A stretch of 63,291 bases of DNA, filler included, from Choristocarpus tenellus KU-1152 (GCA_964200185.2; 12 parts of 12 records of this genome joined end to end with filler, not necessarily neighbours in it); one strand, 5' to 3'; counted from the first letter of the whole stretch, positions 37,017 to 50,257 are shown. A program made the numbers and translations. The notes: generated by a model from the sequence alone, not told the origin.

Positions 37017-39851
37017 GAAGACATGAAAGCATTCAAGAGCAGGAACAAGAACACAGAGGAGGGGAGGGGTAACGGTCGAGTGAGACGTGAGAGGCGCTCG
37101 CCGTGCTCAACTTCAACATCAAACAAACACTCAAGTAAACTCAAGTACACGCAGATAACGCACCTTGAAGACTAGTATACATATATATATACATATGTAT
37201 GTATTATGTACATATACACATGTAGGGTGTTTCTGTTGACCTTGAGAGGAAGAAAAAGAATGGAGTGCCGATGCCCAACATTCATTCAAAACGCTAAGTA
37301 CCACTGGGCTGTGCCTACTAGTTGGTGTGGGGTAGGGCTTGTGCTTTTCAATGAAATGAAAATTTCCATATAGTGTCCAAGCACGAGCTGTGCAGCGAAG
37401 AATAGAACGTAACCATGCTTCACAGTGCACTAGAGTACATAGGTGTTGCAGGAAAAAGAAATAAACTTGGACCTGGCTCAAGAACTCTGCACTGGTCTTG
37501 TAGCACCGATTCGTGTCAGGACTGGGTAAAAAAGAGGGGGGCAGGTAGAGTACATGATGTAGAAAAAAATTATTCGACCAATGAAATAGTCACACAAAAC
37601 CATATAGCCAATAGAATGCATTGTCTATACTCCCACATAAAATCATACAGCCAATAGAGTGTATTGTCTACACTCCTACATAAAATCATATAGCCAATAG
37701 AATGCATTTCTATACTCCCAAATCAAATCATATAGCCAATAGAATGCATTGTCTATACTCCCACATAAAATCATACAGCCTATAGGACGTATTGTCTATA
37801 CTCCAATCTTGGTGTTGCTTTAGGGACAAAGATGATTGATACCTAAGGAGTAGGAATAACACAATCACTGTCAGTGTCACTGACAAAGGAAATGCTTGGT
37901 AGCACAAGGTATGGTTGAAATGCTGCCTTGTAATAAAGAGTGCCTCACCCATAGTCCAGTGACTCAAGTCCACATTAACAGGACCCCGTAGTGTTCCCTG
38001 AGCATCAAACAAGACACCACATCGCATCGATTATCAACACCAGTAGGAGAGGGCGTGAAAGAAGTCATTAGGCAGTTATTGTATTGTTCAAAACAGTGAA
38101 AAAATGCGGCATTGGTCATACCAGCAAGGTTTCAGTTGAATGAGAGGGATATCAATATTTTCCTTCGAAGAAAATGTATTTCGAGGGTCATAACTAAATG
38201 GACCTTCCCACATATACGTATCGATCAACCAATTGGGGTCACTTGGTTGCTTCTTTCAGCAGAATTGTAGAGATTGCCATTGAATTGGCTTCGAGCACAA
38301 TGTTTTGTGTAACAGTTTCTCTGGATGGAGTTCTATGGTCGTCTCTTTGCTGGTAACTTGTCAGCGAGCGGCAGCAGCTTGGGTACTTGGCTTCAGGATG
38401 TAAGGTCTCACTGATTAATTTGGCTAAGCATGGTTTGACCTCAATCAGCTCAGGTGGGCACCTTCAAATTTGTCACTATTGTATCCCGCAGTGGTTCACA
38501 TAATCAGGGTAGGAAGTTGTAGAGGACGGGTACAAATAAAATACTACAAAGAGGACAGAGCTCAACAGAACACCAAATATCCACCACCAGTAATATGAGA
38601 CAAGGAAAGCAACTGGTTAGTTCAAGTTTATCCTAACCCCTCTCACCATCAGCTTCCTGAAGCACCTCTGACATCTCCCCTGACATGACACCTCAACATA
38701 CAGTCACAGTCCCCATGTTGTTTCATCTCCTTTTGAGTTTTCAATCTTTACAGAACATGCCTAGCCTAGATGTGGCCATGAATGGTGGCACACCTAACCA
38801 ATCAAAGGCTACAGGAACCACACATGCCTATCAAAACACACACACACACACACACAAGCCTTAGACATAATACAACTCAACACCTGGATAATGGGCTGCT
38901 CTCGGTTGGCCAACGCAAGGGTCAATCCTGTCTTGGTAACGTGGAGCTCCACATGTTTTCCCTTTGTACCTGGAGGTAGCTTGGCCCTCACCTCCACTTC
39001 GTCCTCCGTTTCAACCCTAGACTCCAACGCCCCACGTCACAAGGCATGGCGTGACAGGTTGAGGGGTGGGAAAAGGGAGGGTGAGGACAGGGAGTAGGGA
39101 GGTTTCATGTGATAAGGCAAATACAAAAAAAATTGAGAGCCATCTGTCAACTACAAGGGAAGGAGAGTAGGAGTACTGTTGAACTCACAGGATGGAGATA
39201 GTGTGGTACATTAACCTAACGACCAGAAAGGTAGTAAGAACGCAAGTTCACCATGAGTACAGATGCGACTCTCCCGAACCTCCTCCGAGAATCGTCTCAT
39301 GTTTCCGATTCCTGCCACGCCCCCGTTGCCAAGCACTGATTGGCGCAAGGTTGCGTGAAAGACCTGTCGCCAACTCCCTCGTGGAGCCCAATGTCGACCC
39401 AAACACATCGTGCCTTGGACGACTGGGTGAGGTGATAAAACCGGTCCATGCTGTTGGACCACTTCGTATCAACCTCTTTCTTATCGCTGGTCTATAGTAG
39501 TAACCAGTTTGTTTGTTGCAGGAGGTGGTCGAGGTGGAAGGATGGGAGGGTAAAACACCACCTCGCGCAAATCCTACGGCAAGGACAAGACCAATCGGCG
39601 CGAGCAGTACACGCCGAAAGGCTAGAGAGGAAGACACGGTCAGGTTAGAAACAAGATCCGAGTATTAAAAAGGTTAGTAGTGGGTTGAGAGAGCTTCGCT
39701 CGGGTTGATGGGTGGTTCAGAGGGTTAGTTGTGGCTATTGTTGAACCCTGTGACCGTGGTGGCGTTGGGAAGTTTACTCTGTAACATCTCGATACTAGCT
39801 CTTACCTGGTGCTCGAGATCGACGACAGTATGTTTTACATCTACATGACAT
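36832..39851 (-). CDS. CS (p23/NudC-like) domain protein with hydrophobic and Ser/Arg-rich N-terminal leader; 3' end uncertain
   Basis: Exons 39851-39806, 39621-39252, 39016-38884, 37997-37949 and 36974-36832, phase-consistent. Domain: YSWVETEDEVEVRAKLPPGTKGKHVELHVTKTGLTL...IIQGTLRGPVNVDLSHWTMEEE...LYLNLDK...WQGVV. Confidence 0.82.
37601..37804 (+). repeat. 43-bp intronic minisatellite, about 4.7 copies
   Basis: Unit CATATAGCCAATAGAATGCATTGTCTATACTCCCACATAAAAT. Confidence 0.88.
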
Positions 39852-40234
39852 GTTTTCGAAGCAGTGAATGCACGTGGAGCTATCGGTACCTGGATGGTGT
39901 TGTCTGGATGTAGGGAACAAGTCGAGTAGGTATAGTGAGGGATTTCATTAAGTTGTAAGGGCGTTCTCTTTCTCCTTCCTTACACTATCCACATCCACCC
40001 TGCCCAGACCCATCCAGTATCAAGCCACTATTCTCAACACCACCTTGCATTGCTTGTGGAACGCTAAGATCTCATATATATATATATATATATATCGGTG
40101 AGTATTCCTGTGCCTGGTTGTGATCTAGGCTGCATTGCAAGGAATCGTTCTGCAACCTGAGCGACCCTCTCTTTCCTGATACAACTGGTTTTACTTTCTG
40201 TCTTAGTTGCTCAGTTGAGCGCATCTGGAACGTA
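39852..40234. promoter_or_regulatory. Putative bidirectional promoter / 5'UTR region
   Basis: 383 bp between divergent ATGs (39851 minus, 40235 plus); contains a (TA)n tract at about 40074-40094. Confidence 0.5.
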
Positions 40235-41671
40235 ATGAACAAGGCTGACTTCATCAACCTAGCAGGCCTGAGGCCAGATGGACGAAGAGGGAAGGAAATT
40301 CGGCGAGTACGCTGCCGTTTTGGTGTTTTCAAGGTGCGATCTGATCTACACGAGGTCCCTGAAGGCGAGGAGGGTTCAGCGTCCGACCCTCCAAGATTTC
40401 TTAGAATTGTGTCCCCAACAATAGTTTCCATGCAAATGCCTTGTTCCTGACTGTCGAAGACGGTGGTGAGCTCCTGACTCTCATTCAAAAACGAGTGATT
40501 TTGCCTTGTATTTGTAATCATGAATCCCTGAGATTTTATCTGTTTTTTTTGTGGTGTAAGTACGCCTTGTCCACAGAGGAAGTAAGTATACTTGAATTGC
40601 TATGCGATGCACCCTCTTTTTTGCCACTCGCATATACAGGGGGCAGATGGGTCGGCCTACCTCGAGATGGGGCAGACAAAGGTTATTGCTATTGTCAAGG
40701 GACCAAGAGAGGTTACCCGCAGGCGAGTCATGTTTGCCATCCAGCCTTCATGAATAGATCTTTCCATTCATAGCCCTCCCCCTGATCTGCAATACAACTA
40801 CTTCCATCTTGTGGATCTATGTCCATGCACCTTGGGTATGGGATGGCGCGTGCGGACCCCTGCTGTTGTATGACAAGGCTGGATCAGAATGTGGCACTTG
40901 CGTTTGTAATTCTTGAGGCGGCACATTGGAATCGGCAGAATGGAGTGGTGCCCCAAGCACTCAAGAATGCCCTACAGAAATCAAAGGCGTGATTTTTTAA
41001 TATATGATAGATTCCGTAAGAGCATCTTGACCTACACCCTCACAAGTGCTCTTCAACATACAGCATATGGCTATGACTCTCCCCTTCTCTGCGCCTAAGT
41101 AGACTGTAGAGCTGGATACTATCCTCTACCCTTGCAGTATTATTGTTTCAGGATGCTTGATCACCGTAAGATATGTGTCTGCAACTGCAAGTCATTCAAA
41201 TCCAACGAGAGAGAGCTCAGAGTTGAATCACCAAGAGCCAAACTCTTTACATATGTTTGGCTGTTGCATTTCGAGAATGGCTGGGAGGCAATAGCATATG
41301 CGCAACTTATGCCACTGCCGATGTCATACGTGGTAATCAGTCAAATGGATTAGATGGTGAATCTGTAGACATAGATGCGAAGTCGTCATTGGCGTCACTT
41401 ATGAAACATGCTCGAATTCGTGCTTCGATCTGGAGTGACACGAAAAAGAGGGGATTGTCCGCATGCACGCCTTCCACACGAATACCACTACCACCACCAA
41501 TGCTCTGTCTCTCTTGCTCCGCTAATTCTTTGATATCACATGAGCTGATGTTGGGAGTATGGGACCTTGTTGAACGTCCACAGGAAGGACATGCAGCAGG
41601 AACGGGCCATTGTCAGGTGTGAGTATAAGCAAGCATCATTCAGCGGCAGTGAATGGAAAAAAAGACGACCG
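40235..41671 (+). CDS. RRP41: Exosome complex component RRP41 (RNase PH family), 5' part
   Basis: Exons 40235-40333, 40640-40722 (GC donor) and 41584-41671. GLRPDGRRGKEIR, ADGSAYLEMGQTKVIAIVKGPREV, AIVRCEYKQASFSGSEWKKR. The remaining exons are off-contig. Confidence 0.92.
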
Positions 41672-42570
41672 GTGAGCACTCCTCATTTGTATCCCCTCCC
41701 CTCCCTCATATGCCATGGTTAAACTGTTGGTTCATTCATAGGTGGGTTTCATTTGACGGTGTGTGGGCCTTCTGGTTTTACATAAATATTGTAAGGTCTT
41801 TTTGTGTGAGTTTTTGTACCATTCGACCGATTGCCCTTATGCAGCCCATTGACCACGTACATGTTTTTAGTTGTCAGAACCTACAGAAAAATAAAAGACC
41901 CAATTTTTTGTCGATTTGAATCTGCGGTCTGTAGTTGTAGTGAGTGAGAAGTATTGCATGGGTGCAACGTATACAAGATTGGATTTCCGATTTTCCATTT
42001 GAAAAGTCTTTCTACTCGTATCCGTTGCCAACAACAGTTCTTTCCATTGTGTTTGGACGTTTGTTTGTCCTAAGGAGGAGACCCACTCATAGCACTGTGT
42101 ACTGCCGAGGAAATTGCTCGAGAAGAGGCGTATGACAGAGACGAATAGATGATGTTGCCTTTTAATGATCCCATCCCCCTCTCTTGCTCTTGGGCTGAAT
42201 CCTCCTGGTGTAATTGCTCTTAAGTGGGATGGCGAACCTCTTCTAGGACTGAGGGGGCGCAGAATAGTTGTGAAAAGGATACCACTTCCACCAATGGGAT
42301 AGCGTTTATGTTACTCAGAGTCAATAGGACGTACTTGCTCCGGAGTACACCCTACCCCCCTCCATCTTGTTTTCATTTTTGTTATTATTTATTGTTTATT
42401 GTTATTGTTATTGTGGTGTCACTCATTGCACGGGTTGTCCTTGTCCTACAACGATATACTAGGGGAAGTACTGGAAGGGAGGAAATGCGTCCAGGGTGAG
42501 GTAAAAGGATAGTACAAATGACAGTCAGGCCTTGTCGTCTGCTATAACCCCATCTTCCCAAAACATGTAC

Positions 42571-42611
42571 GGGTCAAAGTATCTGGGGGGGGGGGGGGGG
42601 GGGTGGGGGGG
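42571..42611 (+). mobile_element. MITE family B terminus at contig end
   Basis: GGGTCAAAGTATCT followed by poly-G. Confidence 0.65.
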
Positions 42612-42711
42612 NNNNNNNNNNNNNNNNNNNNNNNNNNNNNNNNNNNNNNNNNNNNTTAATTAATTAANNNNNNNNNNNNNNNNNNNNNNNNNNNNNNNNN
42701 NNNNNNNNNNN

Positions 42712-42752
42712 CCCAAATGGACACGGCTCTACCCTCTAAGATACTTTGGCTC
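42712..42752 (-). mobile_element. MITE family A terminus at contig start
   Basis: CCCAAATGGACACGGCTCTACCCTCTAAGATACTTTGGCTC, nearly identical to 43539-43579. Confidence 0.8.
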
Positions 42753-43321
42753 TTTTCTTTGATCATGTGGCAGCTTCTACGGTGTAGAGACAGCTGCGTA
42801 GCGGGAGTCTGACACTTCCGATCTGGATGCCACTGCTGGACCGGTGTGTTGTGGAAAAAGACTCTGGACTTGCAGATAGGTGAGGGGTATTTATTGTTGT
42901 GGTGTTGTGATATACTTTTGTGATTTTGTTGGTGGATACCACACTGTTGTGTGTGTGTGTATGTGTGTCTATTTTTTCCCGTGGCTTCATTGCTGCCTTG
43001 AGATACATCATCTATTGTCAAGAATATTTTCGATTCTTTTAGTCTCGCTTCACAAAAATTGTTTTGATTTATCTCCAAGTATTTTTTTGTTTGTAGAGTG
43101 TTGCCTCAATGCACGACAAGTTCCTGCTCCTTACCAGTAGTTTATAGTAATATAATGGACACACCCCTGGGCGTTACCATTTTTTTCCCTTTGAAAAATG
43201 TCTTCCACGGTGGTATTACGTGGTATCGGCTATGACAATAAATACTGTAGTACTTCACTGGCTTTAGTTAATAATATAAAATGTCTTTTGGTGTAGTATG
43301 TCCTTTGGCATAGTCTGTAAT

Positions 43322-43579
43322 GAGTGAAAGTATCTTAGGGGGTACGATTTTTGCCCTGTTAGTCTATTTGGGGCTTGGCTTCCCACGAGTTTTATATAAC
43401 GTTTACCTACTCCAAAATGTTTCGGAGTAGGTAAAATGTATACGTTATGAGAAAGTCTGTCCAGAACAAGGATATTGGCATCCCCAAACAAACATGATAG
43501 CCAAAATTACATCAAAATTGCAACATTGGATGTTGACCCCCAAATGGACACGGCTCTACCCTCTAAGATACTTTGACTC
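43322..43579 (-). mobile_element. MITE family A, full length 258 bp
   Basis: TIRs GAGTGAAAGTATCTTAGGGGGTA / TACCCTCTAAGATACTTTGACTC; central hairpin TTTACCTACTCC...GGAGTAGGTAAA. Confidence 0.88.
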
Positions 43580-46500
43580 TACTACCTGCAAGGTTAATGA
43601 GAATGCTGGATATTTTACTTCACTCGCTCATTTTGTCTAATGATGTGGTTAGATTTAGAATCAATGAGGCACAGAAGACAACAAGGGCGAAGTGTGTAGG
43701 TGAGGCGAGAGGGGGGAGAGGGAAGGGACAGTTGGTGCATGATGTAATGCTTTTTGAAGACAAGAGAAACATGTCTTATGTGGTGAGGAGTTGTACTGCC
43801 TTGCTGAGGCCGTATGGCCTACTACATCAAGTTTTTTTCTTGTTCATTAAGAGGCCTAAGAGTTCAGGGAATTGGAGAGGAAATACGCTGTACGAGTTGT
43901 ATCATGGAGATCGTTATGACAAGTATTGTAAGGGGAAAAATTGACACAATGAGGTTTTATTATTTTGTTTATTATAGAGGGTGTACGAGACAGTAGTCAA
44001 GGCGAAGATTGCCGCAACATTTTTTATAGTGAACTTTGTGTGTTGAATATATTTACAGTGTCACCATTTCTTTGAAGAAGCAGAATGTACGTAATTGATA
44101 CAAAATTTCGAAACAGTTCTAGCTAAGATTTACGGTTCGGAATGGTATTAGAGTGCTGTATGTCAAAGCTGCTAGGGTTTAGTAGTGTGCGGAGACCAGA
44201 GGTTTTCATGCCTTTGTGTATAACAATTGTAAATATCCCTTTTTTATATTATTCTGAAGTTCAGCACTTTTGTAATATGATTGTGTTACGAAGGTACAGA
44301 TGATGATGATACCATTTGGCACCTCGAGTAGGATATATCCAAGTCTATCTGTGTGTTCCTCCATAAATTGTTTTCTGTCAGGGAAGTCGAAAGGACACAT
44401 ATTGAAATCTGTACTATACCTACATATTTAAAATAGGAGAGTTTTTTTTATATTTACTATTGCATAGAGGCAATGTGAATTCAATACCATTGCTTAAATC
44501 GACTCAAAGAGTTCAAATGGAAATGTATACAAGGAGAGGCACGCAACCACTGAGCCGAGTGGATTGCATATGAGAAAAGATCGAGTGCCATGAGCAAGTT
44601 GCTGATTGTGTAGGGTGAATATGCTCGAGTAAGTAATCTACTTGTGGAACGGTTGTTGTCAAGAGCATGCTTTTAATTCTTGTGTGAAAGTAGAGTATTT
44701 ATGAAACAATCAGTTGATGAAAGAAAATAAGATTGTGAATAGGAAACATTGCAGGAAGTAATGGGTGACGAGTGATTAGCGATTAATGGCTATTCGAAGT
44801 AGTGATCAAGTTTTGGGGAAAAGCTTCTTTAACATGCTACCTATCAAGCGCACCAATTCTCAGATCTAGCGTGAGATTATTGGAGGACTATCGGAACATT
44901 GGAGGTGGTACAGCAAGTGCAGAGGAGAGACCACCAACCCAAGAAGCAACAGCAGTAGAAGACGGTAGTGAAGAAGTGAAAATACACTTCTGTGATGATA
45001 AGGAGGGGCCGGTTGAAAGAACTGCAAACCGAAGTAGGTCTGCAGGAGAGCACCCTGCTCAAGGTCAATCATAGATGTTGCCGCTGTTACGACATTTATC
45101 GCTGGTATAACATGCAAATCCTGACGAGCAAGGGATTTCTTTGTAATGGCCTTGGCTTCAATCGCCTTAACATCAGGTCCATGAATAGTTTCTTTAAAAG
45201 ACTTGAAATAATTCAGCCCTAAGATTAAAGGCCATTATCTGAAGTTGCTTGCAGACTTCGACACATAGCAAAAGAGGCAGATGGGATAACGACCTGAATG
45301 TATTGCACATAAGATATTTCCTTGTTGAACATTAAGTCATCCTTGGCTACTCCTTCGTAGGTTAATCTCAGCAGAGAGATCTCTTAGGCATGGTAAGACA
45401 ACATATCAATCCGCAACCACTCCTTATGTATCCGTTGATGTGTGGGGGGTGCTTGCCTTTAGTACGACCCTTGCGCAGTTCAGGGAAACAACTATACCAA
45501 CATATAGTGCTTCTTCATACCGTCTGCGTAGGGAAAAATCCTTCCCCTTCCCATCCTAGAAATAAACATGTGTTGAATGAAGGAAAATGGTCTCACAATT
45601 CATATGAATAAGTAAAATTCCCTGCAACATCGACGTCACTTAGAACATCCCATTGGCTGCCTTTCCAAATCTAAATATTTGAAGAGGTCCCAATCTAGAA
45701 AATTCTATTCTAAGATGAAGGGATTTTACCATCCAATTTTTATACAGATTTCCTGAACATGCCAATCATATCACCACTTACTTTGAGGTGCTATTATCAA
45801 CACTCGCAAAAAAATGCTCAACATACTCAACTGCAAGTTCCACTCCACATATATCACGTATAGATACACATTAGCATTCTACACCTTGTGTAGACCCCCA
45901 GGTCAGTAGGGATACACAGTGATGGTCTATTCACGGTCATTTTGTTCGACTTTACAGTGGAGATGTACTTAGCTAACGTAGCCATTGAAAAACTCTTCCC
46001 TGCCCGTTTTCCAAAAAAGAATCCACCTCCCATTATACTTGTTTCTCTTACAGAAGTATTTCTTCTTACCATGAGCCTCAAAACATGTCTCTTAGTAGGT
46101 TTTTGGTTAGCAACTCCCTACATGCTTCGACTAGTTTCAGCAACGTCGAAAACAAACAAGGCATGGTTTTAAAACCTTTTACGTGTGCAAACATATGCAA
46201 CATCTAACAATACAACACAACTACATGTGCATTGTCGAAGAGAGGTATATAACCCACATACCACTATGCCTTCTTTGCTTTCTTTAGTCCCATATTGTGC
46301 ATGCCAACATACACACTTACGAGAAGAATTCTTCTCAAAAATATGAGTTTTTAGGGATAGGTGATCAAAAACAGGTCGACATTATTCATAAATGTACAGG
46401 CAAACAAACAGAGATGAATATCAAAGTGTAATAATATACGTTCGCGTTGTTCTGATTATTACTGTACATATTTCTCTTCATTCCTACAGAGTTGGCAGTC

Positions 46501-46995
46501 ACCTCCTAGGATCAGACCGATCTTGATTTTTTTTTTTTAAGGTTGCCCAACGAGTTAATCGACGATTGGCATATCGAATGAAATTATTTTGGTAATGTTA
46601 AATTTTAAACCAAGTGTTTCGGCACAACCTTGAAAAAATTTCGGTAAGAAATTATCACTACTGTGGAGAGCACATTTGTCTGTTATTATACCGTTATTGC
46701 CATATGTCATATAACGTTATACCGTGGTACCGAGTGAGGTTCCCAGTCAAGAGTCCATTATTTCACTGACGGACCTTTTCCGTTAGAATGAATTCATTTT
46801 AGTTCTTCATGTAACCAATCCCATAGACTTGGGACAACTTCTCATTCAAGTTGTCACACATGGAAGATCAATTTTGTTCTCACGTCTTGACTGATNNNNN
46901 NNNNNNNNNNNNNNNNNNNNNNNNNNNNNNNNNNNNNNNTTAATTAATTAANNNNNNNNNNNNNNNNNNNNNNNNNNNNNNNNNNNNNNNNNNNN

Positions 46996-47075
46996 GATGT
47001 ATGCAACCAAATAACCCAAAAAATGCGACATGAAAAAATTGACCCCAAATGGACAGACGCCAGATACTTTGAGTC
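46996..47075 (-). mobile_element. MITE family B partial at contig start
   Basis: GCAACCAAATAACCCAAAAAATGCGACATG...CAGATACTTTGAGTC. Confidence 0.75.
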
Positions 47076-47639
47076 GTAACTCATCAATACCCACCAATAG
47101 TAGCCGGAGAACATAATTTGTTGCTTAGATTGTACTCCAGAACACACAATGCTTCAATTAGTATCTGCACTATACTATGGTAGATATTGTCAATATGTTT
47201 CAACTCTTTTATCACATCTGACAGGACCAGCTAAATAAAATGTGAATATATGACATGGTTGGTCCAGGATTATCACAGAGTATAATCGGACTGGGTCACA
47301 GACCGGATCTGGTAAGAAATATGTATTAACAGGGCTGGACCGGGGTCATTGAGATTGTGGACCGGCCCGTGGATTAGAACATGGTCCTGCCTGCGTAAAA
47401 TTTGTAGTTAACAGGATCGAATTGGGGCTATGGTTTAGATTGTAAACCAGAAGCCACATCCTCGGTCGGACAATCGGTCCAATTAACTCCTGGCCCAGTG
47501 CAAAGCCCTACTCACATGGATCGATCTATTTCTCTGCAGCTAATTTAAAGAAAAACCATATATATGCCTTCAATCTCACACAACGGTGCAAATACCATAC
47601 TAATCCGAGTTTTGGCCCAGAGTTATATATAGACTGACA

Positions 47640-48290
47640 AGGTTGTTACCTTTGAGGCATGATGTGATATCACAGCCAAGATAGCTAACGGGTTCAGAAA
47701 GCGTGGGGTTATTCCCTCAAGTACAGTCAAGTGGCCTATGACAGAGCTACAAGCGGATCACTTGAACTTGGGATTCGAATGTTCAAGGCTGAAGTATTCA
47801 ATGGAGTCCAATTATATGGTTATGTGACATGGCTGGCACTTTGCCAGGTTCACTATATGAAGCACTGATCTTACCACCACAAAGTCCTTCTTTAATGGAT
47901 CTGGTTTCACAAATGGAAAGGCACCGATCACACAGTACTCCCAAAAAATGTTTTTGTGGAGACTGAGTGTGGCAGGGTCAGTTGCACGCATGGGGGATGA
48001 GTGACTCCTGAAGGCGAGATTATTGGGGAACTTTAAGAAGGAAAATGGAAGCAAAGTCGACAGGAGAACAGGTGGTGGATATGTTTGAAAGACTACAACC
48101 TTAGGCAAGTTTGGGATCATACTTGAGGGATGAAATACAAGGGTGCAACGAATCAACACAGGTAGGTGGTATGAGTGGGTGTATGGTTGATGAAAAAAAA
48201 ATCATGGACGAGTGGCATACCAGATAAGCTATGAATAGCTGATGTACATCATATTTCGAAGTACCAAAGTAGCAGGAAAGGCACCCCAAG
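47640..48290 (+). mobile_element. Degenerate RTE-like LINE, region C-terminal to the RT domain
   Basis: LELGIRMFKAEV..QLYGYVTW...HHKVLL.WIWF.KWKGTDH...ETEC...IIGEL...QENRWWICLKD, with stops. Matches the LLYGxxTW-containing tail of RTE-type ORFs. Confidence 0.65.
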
Positions 48291-48511
48291 TAGATCAGGG
48301 CATATGCGTGCTCACTACTGTCTACTGAATTGTCATTTTCTCTTTTTTTTTCCTTCTGACTTGATTATTCTTGATGTGTTCCTCCTTTCTTTTTTATGTA
48401 AGGACACGACATGTGGTATTTGTATTGGATGGGCAGGTCTTTACGATGTTTTATTCTCTTTCCGTTTTTCCTTCTTTCCTTGTGATGTTGATGCCGATAA
48501 TGACGTCCTAT

Positions 48512-48684
48512 ACCTCAAAGTATTTTTTGGGGGTGACGGCTGTCCATTCGGGGACCATTTTTCCATGTCGTGATTTTTGGGTGATTTGGTTGCATACGCC
48601 TGTGGATATTGTATGTTCAGTTCTCCTGGTCAGGGCCCGAATGGACGCCCTGGTGTAACCTCCCCCCTCGAGATACTTTGAGCC
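48512..48684 (+). mobile_element. MITE family B, full length 173 bp
   Basis: ACCTCAAAGTAT...AGATACTTTGAGCC, flanked by TAT/TAT. Confidence 0.82.
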
Positions 48685-49424
48685 TATCCCAGCTCTTACT
48701 GAGTTGTAGCGCATTATCCTTGGATCTCTTGGCTGCCCTACTTTGCTACATTGAGCGAGGCTTCTCCTTATATTTGACACGTAGAATCTTAGAGAGTGGG
48801 TCAGGCGCCTATTTGGGGCCTTTGTGACCCTGCAGTGATTTAGTGTCATTTGAGTGAACGTGTCAAATGCAGGGCAATTTCCTTCATCTGAACTTATTTT
48901 CCTTTTCCCATCTTTCTACCTGGACAAAATCCAAAGGAAAACCACCTGCAAGACGAGGATCAAAAACTGAGGTGTTTTACAACGCCCTATCCAGCCCTTA
49001 ATGGACGACCTGGGCTAACCCCCTCCCTAGGATAATACGGGCCATTCTGTTCATTGTACATATGGGAGGTTTTGATAATTTGTAGGTAACATTCTGAAGT
49101 TTGGCGTTCTTGTTTTCCTTTGACTACCTTTTCACCACCCCCTCACACTAATGTGGAAGACAAAAATAATAATGCAGAAACTACGTGGAGGTACGTTCCT
49201 TAGTGTATATAGAACTCAACACCCTTATCTGATTCCTAACCACAGCTCTCATCCTTCCACTTCCGTCTTCAACCTCTCCACCTTTACTGATTGGTTTTGT
49301 GTTGTTGATGGGAATTTCCACCAGTGGTAGTAGCCAATGTGCCACAGCAGCCCTTGGGAGGAAAGGAAGAGGGGGCTGAATGCCTGGGTAGTCCTGTAGA
49401 AACTGCGGACATAATAGGAGCAAA

Positions 49425-49681
49425 GAGCCAAAGTAAACGAGAGTTACCCAGGCATCGGCCGATTTGCTTTTAGTCTATTCGTCAATCCTTTGCAATTCAC
49501 CCAAATTTCTACGAATGATGTTCTATGTTTGACTTGAGAGCGTTTGTTTCTCTATTGTGTTAATATTCCTGACACAATCCACAAAATATCCTACACAAAC
49601 TTGGAGAAAATACTGAGTTTTGTATATATTTGCCAGTATCCTTAAAATGGAACTCTGCGTACCTCTCATTTACCTCGACTC
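49425..49681 (+). mobile_element. MITE family C
   Basis: TIRs GAGCCAAAGTAAACGAGAGTTAC / GTACCTCTCATTTACCTCGACTC; body colinear with the 21168 copy. Confidence 0.78.
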
Positions 49682-49851
49682 GGAACATTACGATTACAAA
49701 GCACCCACAGTGTTGAAGTAGCAGCAGGAGGAAATATCAGTGGGGGAGCTGTGTGTTCTGTGTGAGAGACTTGGACTGTGTTCTGTGCTGAGGGAAAACC
49801 AGAACACCTGGCACTATGTGCCCACAGTGCTTGACTAGCATCAGGAAGAGA

Positions 49852-49937
49852 GGCTCAAAATACCTGGGGGGTGGGTTTCGGCTGTCCATTCGAGGCCATT
49901 TTTCCATATCGCGATTTTTGGGTGGGTTTGTTGCATG
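49852..49937 (+). mobile_element. MITE family B partial at contig end
   Basis: GGCTCAAAATACCTGGGGGG...GGCTGTCCATTCG...GATTTTTGGGTG. Confidence 0.72.
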
Positions 49938-50037
49938 NNNNNNNNNNNNNNNNNNNNNNNNNNNNNNNNNNNNNNNNNNNNTTAATTAATTAANNNNNNN
50001 NNNNNNNNNNNNNNNNNNNNNNNNNNNNNNNNNNNNN

Positions 50038-50257
50038 CGGGGTTAAATTCCAATGTTCCGATTTTGATGTAATTTTGACTATCATGTTTTTGAGGAAGTG
50101 TCAATATCCTTGTTCCAGACACACCTTTTCATAACATGCAAATTTTACCTACTCCGAAACATATCGGAGTAGGAAAGAGTCATAAAACACCTGTGGGAAC
50201 CCAAGTCCCAAATGGACAAACAGGGCAAAAATCGTACCCTCTAAGATACTTTCACTC
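50038..50257 (+). mobile_element. MITE family A partial at contig start
   Basis: Ends TACCCTCTAAGATACTTTCACTC; colinear with the 57459 copy. Confidence 0.82.

Noticed and set aside
37601-37804. 43-bp array as possible CRISPR or ncRNA cluster
   Set aside because: Head-to-tail minisatellite without spacers, inside an intron.
44800-46170. Fragmentary ORFs suggesting a decayed transposase or other coding relic
   Set aside because: Many stops in all frames and no motif I can assign.
47200-47510. GGACC-rich segment ending CAGTGCAAAGCCCTA (hAT-like end)
   Set aside because: No matching left TIR or TSD found.
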